Source: Acidobacteriota bacterium
GTDB taxonomy: Bacteria; Acidobacteriota; Thermoanaerobaculia; Multivoradales; UBA5704
Assembly (NCBI GenBank): GCA_040005235.1
Contig: JBDTZG010000001.1
Span: 224,001 to 288,000 of the forward strand
Reading direction: 5' to 3'
DNA length: 64,000 nucleotides
The notes under the pieces are model-generated. The model searched no databases. It worked only from the letters and a program-made list of their open reading frames with translations, and had not been told where the DNA came from. The position numbers and the translations under genes are program-made. The number at the start of each line of letters is the position of its first letter. Positions within the stretch are counted from its first letter, which is position 1. Below, one piece after another: positions 29,425 to 37,904 of the stretch.

Positions 29425-31235
29425 GTGTCATGAGAATGAAAACGGCGATCGTCCTGGGACTCGTGGCGCTGTGCGGCGCAGTGGCCCTCGCAGGGGGCGC
29501 ACAAGGCGCACCCGACCTTCAGACGGTCGAGAGCCGCGGCACGCTCCAAGCCATGATCGGCATCGGCCGGCTGGTCACCTTGCCGCTCGACCTCGAACGC
29601 CTGGCGCTGGCCGACGAAGGGCTCGCCCGGCTGCAGGTGGTCTCTGGGCGCGAGGTCCTGCTCACCGGCCTGCGCACCGGCAAGAGCACGCTGTTCGTTT
29701 GGCTGGCCGGGGGGCAGCGGCTGCGCTACGAGGTCGAGGTCGAGCGCGACCTGTCGTTCCTCAAGAAGGTGCTCTTAGAGCTCGATCCGAGGATCAAGGC
29801 CGAGGCGAGCGAGGACGGTTCGTCCGTGGTTCTCTCCGGCGAGACCGCCGATCGGGAGACCTCCGAGCAGGCCGAACGGATCGCGACCAACATGCTGCGG
29901 GCGGAGGGGACGGCCGCCGCGGGTGGGGGCGCCGTGCAGGTGGTGAGCTTGCTCCACGCTCCGATTTCCTCGGCGGCTCCCGACCTCTGGCTGGACGAGG
30001 CGCTCCGGGCGATTGATCCGCGGATCAGGCCGCAACGCATTCAGGTCGGTCCGGAGCCCAATCCCGAGCGCGACTCCTACATCCTCAAAGGGAGGGTCAA
30101 GAACGTCCAGGCGCTCACGCGCGCCGTGATCCTGGCCGAACGCCAGCTCGGCAACTCGGGCGTCCGCGTCTCGTCGCCGGCCGGCGGCTTGAGCTTCGAG
30201 CGCAACCAGAACTTCTCGGGCGGCGGAGCGGGCGGCGGAGCCGCCGGATCGCTCGGGGGCTCCAGCAAACTTCAAGGCGGCCTGGCCGGGCAGATCGCGC
30301 GCGGCCTCGCGATCACCAGCGAGTCGGGGCGGGTGCTGTCGATGCTCGAAGTGGACGAGCTGCCCCAGGTGATGGTCTCGATCCGCGTCCTCGAAGTCGA
30401 CCGGGCCAAGGCGAAGAAAGCGGGCGTCAACTTCCGGTTCGACGCGGATCACCTGTCGCTCGGCAGCGCCCCCGGCCCGCAAGGGCGCCCGCCGCGCCAG
30501 CTCGGCGGCACTCCCGACGTCTCTTCGGTGGCCGGAAGCCTGGTCGGCAGCTTCGTCGATCGAACGCTGTCGATCATCTCGGCGATCGATTTCCTGGAGG
30601 ATCGCGAGCTCGCCCGCTCGGTCTCCCAGCCGAACATCCTCACGCTCTCAGGGGAAGAGGCCTCGGTGCTGGTCGGCGGAGAAATTCCGATCCCGATCAC
30701 CACGCTCTCGCAGGTGAATTCGGTGCAGGGTTTTTCGTTCCAGGATTTCGGCGTCCGGCTCGACATCCGCCCGACGGTAGGCGAAGACGGGGTGATCGCG
30801 CTCGAAGTGGCGCCGAGCATCATCCGCCCTTCCCCCAGCCTCGGAGTCGGCGGCGTCCCCGGGTTCCAGGTCCAAAGCGTCCAGACCACGGCGCGCGTCT
30901 CGGCCGGCCAGAGCCTGGTGCTCGGCGGGCTGCTCAGCTTCGAAGAGGGTTTCGATGAGTCGCGCCTGCCCGGACTGGGCAAGTTCCCGTTGTTCCGCTG
31001 GCGCCGGAAAAGCCGGCAGCAGCAGGAGCTGCTGTTCGTGATCACGCCGCGCCTGGTGGCCTCGGGACCTACCCCGACCGGGCCGGTCGAGCCGGCGCGC
31101 GGCGAGAAGATCGATCTGCCGCCCCTCGATTGGCGGGATCCACAGCACGCGCCGAGTTGCGCCGAGCCGGATCCCGCGCTGGACGAGACCGGGCTGCCGC
31201 CCGCCTTCCGTCGCGATCCCCCCGAGCCGCGGTAA
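29421..31235 (+). CDS. cpaC: Tad secretin CpaC/RcpA
   Basis: T2SS-T3SS_pil_N-like start; QVMVSIRVLEV, PNILTLSGEEASVLVGGEIPI, FGVRLDIRP, GQSLVLGGL, ELLFVITPRLV. Confidence 0.92.
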   Translation: MSVMRMKTAIVLGLVALCGAVALAGGAQGAPDLQTVESRGTLQAMIGIGRLVTLPLDLERLALADEGLARLQVVSGREVLLTGLRTGKSTLFVWLAGGQRLRYEVEVERDLSFLKKVLLELDPRIKAEASEDGSSVVLSGETADRETSEQAERIATNMLRAEGTAAAGGGAVQVVSLLHAPISSAAPDLWLDEALRAIDPRIRPQRIQVGPEPNPERDSYILKGRVKNVQALTRAVILAERQLGNSGVRVSSPAGGLSFERNQNFSGGGAGGGAAGSLGGSSKLQGGLAGQIARGLAITSESGRVLSMLEVDELPQVMVSIRVLEVDRAKAKKAGVNFRFDADHLSLGSAPGPQGRPPRQLGGTPDVSSVAGSLVGSFVDRTLSIISAIDFLEDRELARSVSQPNILTLSGEEASVLVGGEIPIPITTLSQVNSVQGFSFQDFGVRLDIRPTVGEDGVIALEVAPSIIRPSPSLGVGGVPGFQVQSVQTTARVSAGQSLVLGGLLSFEEGFDESRLPGLGKFPLFRWRRKSRQQQELLFVITPRLVASGPTPTGPVEPARGEKIDLPPLDWRDPQHAPSCAEPDPALDETGLPPAFRRDPPEPR

Positions 31236-31255
31236 CCGGCACTGGGAGTCTAGAG

Positions 31256-33295
31256 ATGCCCCGGCGCATCCGCCTCCTCGCGCTGCTCCTCACCCTCCCG
31301 CTCGTTGCCTGCCGGCCGGCGGAGCGCCGGCATTTCGAACGGGGACTCAAAGCGGATCGAGCCGATCGGCGCCAAGAGGCCGAGCAGGAATATCGCGCGG
31401 CGCTGGCCGCAAACGCTGATTTCGCTCCCGCCTATCTGAAGCTCAGCCGCCTACTGGTCCGTTCCGGCCGGCTCACCGAAGTGCTCGCCGTCGCGCGAGA
31501 AGGGGTGCGGCGGTTCCCACGCGAGCCGCAGCTCCGCTCCTGGTATGGCGACGCCCTGCTCCGGCGCGGCCGTCTCCCCGAAGCCGAGCGCGAGCTGCGC
31601 CAGGCGCTCGTTCTTCCCGGGGCGGGCGCCTATCCCCTCTACACGCTTGGGCTGGTCTATCTGAAGCAGGGGCGGAACCGCGAGGCGCGCGAGCAGCTGG
31701 AGCGGGCCACGGCGCTCCAGCCGAGCGCGCCGGAAGGGTGGTATCAGCTGGCGAACGCCTGCGATCGGCTGGGCGATCCGTCGGCGCGGGAACGGTCGCT
31801 CGCCCGTTTCGCGCCGCTCTATTCGCCGCCGCCATCTTCAGCCGCCGCCAACGTTGTGGTCCCGCCCGCCAAGGCGGCAGCGGAAGCGGCAACGCGTTCC
31901 GCCGCCAAGCGCCCGAACCTGATCCTGATCTCGATCGACACGCTGCGCGCCGATCGGCTCGGCTGCTACGGCGGACCTCATCCGGCGAGCCCGGCGATCG
32001 ACGCGATGGCGCACGAAGGAACCCGCTTCGCGAACGCCTATGCGGCCGCACCCTGGACTCTTCCCTCGCACATGACGATGATGACCGGCCTCTACCCGTC
32101 GGCCCACGGCGTGAATCCCGACCGCCGGCAGTTCGCAGGAATCCAAAACTCCAGCGAGCGTTTCCAAATCCGCGGCTCAGACAAGCTAGCGACCCTCGCC
32201 GAGCGCTTGAGCCGGCTCGGCTATCGCACCGCGGCGATCACCGAAGGGGGCTGGGTCGCCGCGAAGTTCGGTTTCGATCAGGGGTTTGACCGCTACGTCG
32301 CCCATGACGACGACAATCTGGATCAAGGCACCCAGAGGCTCGCTCTCGAATGGCTCGCGACCCAGCCCGAGACGAGCGAAAAACCAGGGAGTGACGCGCG
32401 GCCGTTCTTCCTCTTCCTCCACACCTATCAAGTCCACCAGCCCTACCATCAGCCGCCGCCGTACGACGCACTGTTCGTGGCACTCGGCCATCGTGGGTAT
32501 GCGCTGCCGAACGTGTCGCTGCCGCTCGCGGTCCTCGACAAATTCAAGGACGGCTCCTTCCCGCCGACCGCGTCCGACGTCGAAGCCTTCCGCGCCCGCT
32601 ATGACGGCGAGGTCCGCCACTCCGACGCGTTCGTCGGGCATCTGGTCGAACTTCTCCAAACGACCGGCCTCGAGAAAGACACGATCGTCCTCCTCACCTC
32701 CGACCACGGCGAAGAGCTGTTCGATCACGGCGGCTTCGACCACGGCGAAACCCTTTATGACGAGGTGCTCCACGTGCCGATGATCCTCTGGGGACCGGGG
32801 CGCATCCCGGGCGCGAAGATCGCCCAAGGGCCGGTCGGTTCGATCGACATCCTCCCTACCCTCGTCGAGCTGGCAGGAGGCACGACTACCGGCCCGAACG
32901 TCCCGCCGGTCCAAGGCGAGAGCCTGGTCCCGCTGCTCCTGGGCAAAAGCGCCCCGCCTGCCGGCCGCCTTCTGTTCGCCGAAGGCTTCACCACCGCCTT
33001 CCACCACACCCTCGATACCGACGCCTCGATTCCACTCGCCGCGGTGCGCGAAGGGGGGAGTGAGCTAATCCTTCACGCCTCGAACCCGGAATCCGTCGAG
33101 CTGTTCGACCTAACCCACGATCCGGCCGAAGCGCACAATCTGGCGGCAGAACGCCCCGAAGCCGTCGCGCGCCTGCGCCAAGCGATCGCCGCCTGGCAAA
33201 GCGAAAGCGCCCGCCTCCACGCGCAGTTCGGAAACGCCACCGAAAAACTCGACCCGGAAACCGAGAAGCGTCTTAAGGCGCTCGGGTACCTCTGA
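31256..33295 (+). CDS. Lipoprotein with N-terminal TPRs fused to a sulfatase-like (alkaline phosphatase superfamily) domain
   Basis: LVAC lipobox; about 5 TPRs; PNLILISIDTLRAD, WTLPSH, TSDHGE, LFDLTHDPAE, LKALGYL. Confidence 0.85.
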   Translation: MPRRIRLLALLLTLPLVACRPAERRHFERGLKADRADRRQEAEQEYRAALAANADFAPAYLKLSRLLVRSGRLTEVLAVAREGVRRFPREPQLRSWYGDALLRRGRLPEAERELRQALVLPGAGAYPLYTLGLVYLKQGRNREAREQLERATALQPSAPEGWYQLANACDRLGDPSARERSLARFAPLYSPPPSSAAANVVVPPAKAAAEAATRSAAKRPNLILISIDTLRADRLGCYGGPHPASPAIDAMAHEGTRFANAYAAAPWTLPSHMTMMTGLYPSAHGVNPDRRQFAGIQNSSERFQIRGSDKLATLAERLSRLGYRTAAITEGGWVAAKFGFDQGFDRYVAHDDDNLDQGTQRLALEWLATQPETSEKPGSDARPFFLFLHTYQVHQPYHQPPPYDALFVALGHRGYALPNVSLPLAVLDKFKDGSFPPTASDVEAFRARYDGEVRHSDAFVGHLVELLQTTGLEKDTIVLLTSDHGEELFDHGGFDHGETLYDEVLHVPMILWGPGRIPGAKIAQGPVGSIDILPTLVELAGGTTTGPNVPPVQGESLVPLLLGKSAPPAGRLLFAEGFTTAFHHTLDTDASIPLAAVREGGSELILHASNPESVELFDLTHDPAEAHNLAAERPEAVARLRQAIAAWQSESARLHAQFGNATEKLDPETEKRLKALGYL

Positions 33296-33316
33296 GCCGG
33301 GACGAGGGGGTCGGCG

Positions 33317-33652
33317 GCCGTTGCCGGAGTTTCGACGGTCATCGCCGACTCAATGGCGGCCGTCGCCAACCCAACGGCGGTCGTCGCCGGTCTATTGGCG
33401 GTCATCGCCGACCCAATAGCGGCCGTCGTCGACCTATTGGTAATCGCCGCCGACCCAATGGCGGTCATCGCCAACCCAACGGCGGCCATCGTCGACCTAT
33501 TGGTAATCGCCGCCGACCCAATGGCGGTCATCGCCAACCCAACGGCGGCCATCGTCGACCTATTGGCGGTCGTCGCCAACATATTGGGAGCGGTCGGCAA
33601 CCTATTGGTGATCATCGCCGACTCTCCGGCAGCGAGCGTCGACCGATCATCG
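33317..33652. repeat. Intergenic 21-bp tandem repeat (~16 units) with 63-bp higher-order repeat
   Basis: Units such as GTCATCGCCAACCCAACGGCG, GCCATCGTCGACCTATTGGTA and ATCGCCGCCGACCCAATGGCG. Confidence 0.9.
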
Positions 33653-33744
33653 GCCGGAGGCGAAGTTGGCCCCGGCCGCCCCGCACGCTACAATCGGAGC
33701 GAAACAGACCAAGCGACGCTTGCGCTCTACGCGAGGATCTCGAA

Positions 33745-34878
33745 ATGGCCGAACGCCGTCCATTCAAGTTTACCGAGCCCGTCACCACGTCGGGCTTCAG
33801 CAAGACGTTGTCGCTCAGGGTGGACGACTATTTCCAGAGCCGCGGGATTGGCCGGCACGCGAACCTGGAGATGATCACCAAGACCGTCCTCGGTCTCGTC
33901 CTCTGGATCGCCACCTACATCTGGCTCCTGACCGGCAGGTTCTCGCCGCTCCAGGTGGTCGGGGTCTACGTAGTGCACGGGCTCGCGCAGCTTCACATGG
34001 CGTTCAACATCGCCCATGACGCAAACCACGGCGCCTACTCGCGCAGCAAGAGAGTCAACCGCATCCTCGCCTGCGTCTTCGACGGAGTCGGCGCAAGCTC
34101 CTACATGTGGCGGCTGATGCACAACGACTCGCATCATTCTTTCGTCAACGTTCGCGAGGCCGATTCGACATTCGCGTCGGGCAACATCTTTCGCTTTTCC
34201 CCGCGGGACGAGATCAAGCCCTACCACCGCTACCAGCACCTCTACGCTCCGCTGATCTATTGCCTGACCACCCTCGACTGGACCTTGACCAAGGACTTCC
34301 GCTGGTTCTTCCGAGAGCGGCGATTCGGCAATCGGAAAGTGATCCGCCACCCGCTCTCGGAGGTGATCCTCCTGTTCGGGGGCAAGGCTTTCTACTTCAC
34401 CTACATGCTGGTCCTGCCGTTGCTCGTCCTCCACGTCCCCTGGTATGCGGTCGTCGCCGGCTTCGTCGTCATGCATCTCCTGCTCGGTTTTTCGCTCGCC
34501 TTGATCTTCCAGCCCAACCACTTCAACGAGGACGCGACGTTCCCCGAAGCGAACGAAGAAGGCCATATCTCGAACAATTACATCCGCCACATCTTCGACA
34601 CCACCTCGGACTACGCCCGCGGCAACCCGTTCGCGAACTGGATTCTCGGCTGCCTGAACCTCCACGTGATCCACCACATGTTCCCCTCGATCTGCCACGT
34701 CCACTACCCCGCGTTAACCCGGATCCTCAAGGAAACGGCGGACGAATACGGCCTCAACTATCGAGAGAACCGCACCCTCTCGGGAGCCTTCCTGGCCCAC
34801 TTGCGGTGGCTGCGGGTGCTCGGGCGAGGGGAGGAGCGGCAGGGCTTCGGTTCGATCTACGGCGTGAACGCTAAGTAG
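33745..34878 (+). CDS. Membrane fatty acid (acyl-CoA) desaturase
   Basis: His boxes HDANH, HNDSHH, HVIHH; TM segments. Confidence 0.9.
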   Translation: MAERRPFKFTEPVTTSGFSKTLSLRVDDYFQSRGIGRHANLEMITKTVLGLVLWIATYIWLLTGRFSPLQVVGVYVVHGLAQLHMAFNIAHDANHGAYSRSKRVNRILACVFDGVGASSYMWRLMHNDSHHSFVNVREADSTFASGNIFRFSPRDEIKPYHRYQHLYAPLIYCLTTLDWTLTKDFRWFFRERRFGNRKVIRHPLSEVILLFGGKAFYFTYMLVLPLLVLHVPWYAVVAGFVVMHLLLGFSLALIFQPNHFNEDATFPEANEEGHISNNYIRHIFDTTSDYARGNPFANWILGCLNLHVIHHMFPSICHVHYPALTRILKETADEYGLNYRENRTLSGAFLAHLRWLRVLGRGEERQGFGSIYGVNAK

Positions 34879-34952
34879 GAACCAGTCGCCCACCTCGCTA
34901 CAAGGGACTCGGGGGCGAAACCACGTCCGTGCCGTAGAATGCGCGCAACCTT

Positions 34953-37730
34953 ATGGCGAGCGTGTTCATCTCCTACAGTCACCTGGACGAGGCTTGGAAG
35001 GATCTCCTCGACCGGCACTTCCGTGTCTTCAAGCAGCAAGGGCTCGCGGTCGAAGCGTGGCACGACCGCAGGATTCCGGGAGGCGGGGATTGGGAGGCCG
35101 AAATCCAAAAGGCCATGGCCGAAGCGGACGCGGCGATTCTGCTGATCTCGGCCGATTCGCTGGGTTCCAAGTTCATCAACGAGAGGGAAGTGCCGTTCCT
35201 GCTCGGGCGGAGCAAGGCCGACCTCTTGCCGGTCGTGCCCGTCGTGGTGCGGCCCTGCACTTGGAAGCTGGTTCCTTGGCTGACGAAATTGAACCTGCGC
35301 CCGAGAGACGGACATCCGCTGTCCGCGGGGACCGAGCACGAGATCGAGGCCCAGCTGGTGGCGATCGCGGAGGAAGTTTTTCACCTCGCGAAGAGGCGCG
35401 CGGCTCCTGAGCCCGAAGACGATCTGAAGCGAAGCTCCGCCTCCCGTGCCGAGTGGCTCCTCGCCCACCCTTACGGCATGCCGCCGAATTTCACCGGCCG
35501 AGCGGCCGAGCGTGGCCGGCTCACCGAATGGCTGGAGAAAGAAAACGGCCCCGCCCTCTTGGTACTCCGAGCGCTCGGCGGTTTCGGCAAAAGCGCGCTC
35601 GTCTGGCATTGGCTTATGGAGGACCTCGATCCCGCGCTCTGGCAGCGGGTGGTCTGGTGGAGCTTCTACGACGACCCCTCGTTCGATGCGTTTCTGGGCG
35701 AAGTGTTGAATTACCTCGGCCTGGACGCGAAGACTCTTACGGTCCGAGACGGGCTGCTCCTGTTGCTCGATGCGCTCCGCCGCTCGCGAATCCTCCTCGT
35801 CCTCGACGGCTTCGAGCGAGCCCTGCGGGCGTTTGCGCAGTTAGATGCCGCCTACCATTTGGACGACGAAGAAAAGCGTCTGGGCAGGGAGGAAGAACGA
35901 GACTGCGTGAGCCCGGCGGCGGAGGCGTTCCTGCGCGCTGTGTCCTCCCTGCCGGGCCTCGCGGGGCGTGTGTTGCTCACCACTCGCCTGCGTCCAAGGC
36001 CGGTCGAAACGCGCGCGGGCGAGATTCTCGCCGGTTGCCGGGAGATCGAGCTGACGGCGTTGAGCAAGGCCGACGCCGTGGACTTCTTCCACGCGGAGGG
36101 CATCCAGGGCACGCGAGCCGAGATCGAGACCGTGTGCGGGCATTACGGGTTTCACCCGCTGAGCCTTCGGCTGCTGGCGGGGATGATCGTAAAAGATCTC
36201 CGGAATCCGCGGGATATCTTGGTCGCCCAGCGATTGGACGTTTCGGGCGATCTGGTGCAGCGCAAGCATCACGTGCTGGATCAGTCGTACGCGAGCTTGC
36301 CGGTCGAGGGGAGACGGCTCCTTTCGCGCATCTCTTGCCTCCGCGGGGCGGTGGATTACAAGGCGCTCTGCGCGGCGTCGGGAGGGCTCGCCGAGAACGA
36401 GGTCGAAGGCCAGCTCCAAGATCTCGTCGAGCGCGGTTTACTCCATCGCGACCAGCGTGCCGGCCGGTTCGACCTCCATCCCATCGTGCGGCGCTATGCC
36501 TACGACCGTCTGGGAAAGGAAGAAAAGGAAGAGGCCCATCGGAGCCTCCGCGACTACTTCGCCGCGGTGCCCCCGATCGAGAAGGTACAAACCCTCGCCG
36601 ACCTGGCTCCGGTGATCGAGCTCTACCACCACATGGTGCGGGCCGGGGAGCATGAGGCGGCGTGCGATCTGTGCTACGACCGGCTCCACAATGCGATGTA
36701 CTACCAGCTGGGCGCCTGCGAATCGCTCATCGAACTATTGCGCGCCCTCTTCCCCGACGGCGAAGACCGCCCGCCCCGGCTTAGGAAGGAGAGCGACCAG
36801 AGCTGGACCCTCAACACCCTCGCCAATTCCTACGGCCTCTCCGGCCAACTGCGGCGGGCGGTGCCGTTGTTCGAACAAGCGGCTGTGATCGATGAGCGCC
36901 GTGACGATAAGAATGCCCTCGCCATCGGCCTCGGGAACTTGGCAACCCCGCAAGTCGTGATCGGCGGCCTGCGTTCCGCCGAGGCCAACCTCCGGCGGTC
37001 GATCGAGATCTGCCGGGAGATCGACGATGCGTTTTGGGAGGCGGTCGCCCACCGAGAGTTCGGCCGGTTGCTCGGAATGCGGGGCCGATGGGAAGAGAAC
37101 GAGGCGGAGCTGGCGGCGGCGCTGGCGGGATTCGAGAAAATGGATCACGTCCAAAGCCAAGGCATCGTCTAGGCCTACCGCGCGCTCCTTCACCTGCTGC
37201 GCCTCCGCGCCAGAGAAGCCCTCGATCCGGCGAACGATCGTGAGAACGCCCTCGCCGCCGCGCGTCGCGCCCTGGAGCTGGCGGACGAATATGCCCGAAC
37301 GGACTACCCGGTCGAGCGCGACTATGTCCGCGCCCATTGGCTGCTCGGCGCGGCCTGGCGCGAGAGCGGAGACCTGGAGCAAGCCGAACGGCACCTGACC
37401 GAGGCGCTGGAGCGGTGCCGGCGAATCAACCTCGTCGAGTTCGAGGCCGACATTCTGATCGACCTCGGCCGCTTGCGACGGGCGCAGGGCGACGCGGCCG
37501 AAGCACGGCGGCTGGGAGTGGAGGCCATGACGGTCGCGGAGCGCTGCGGGTACGTGCTCAAGGGGGCGGACGCGCACCTGCTTCTTTCGGAACTGGATCG
37601 CGCGGAGGGAAAGACCGCCTCGGCCCGCGAGCATGCCTTGGCGGCGCGCCGGCTCGCGACGTGCGACGGGGACGACTTTATGTACAAGGTGGCTTACGAG
37701 GAGGCGGAGGCGATTCTGGGGGGCTTGTAA
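34953..37730 (+). pseudogene. TIR + STAND NTPase + TPR (NLR-like) gene interrupted by an in-frame TAG at 37170-37172
   Basis: VFISYSH TIR motif, GGFGKS P-loop, LLVLDGFE. After the TAG the same frame continues with TPR-like sequence to TAA at 37730. Confidence 0.8.
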
Positions 37731-37781
37731 AGGCTCCCTCGGTGTCGGCCTCGACGCCAAGGTCGTTTCGTCCTCGGGCTC

Positions 37782-37867
37782 CCTGGGACCGCCGGCGGCC
37801 TCGCCGGCTTCGACGAGGCGGAAACGTCGGCGCTTCGAAGGCCGGCGGGGACGCCGGCGCTCCCAGG
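37782..37867. repeat. REP-like inverted pair between convergent genes
   Basis: CCTGGGACCGCCGGCGGCCTCGCCGGC ... GCCGGCGGGACGCCGGCGCTCCCAGG imperfect inverted repeat. Confidence 0.55.
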
Positions 37868-37904
37868 ATCCCGTAGGGAAAGCCGCTCGGCGACTCGTTC
37901 CCTT

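Noticed and set aside
33317-33652. Possible CRISPR array
   Set aside because: The units are contiguous 21-mers with no unique spacers, and there are no cas genes
33073-33874. ORFs 33073..33615 (-) and 33353..33874 (+)
   Set aside because: They are open because of the 21-bp repeat, overlap real genes and have no clear RBS
37170-37172. Pyrrolysine or stop-codon recoding at the TAG
   Set aside because: Other genes here end at TAG normally and there are no pyl genes; a TGG-to-TAG change is simpler
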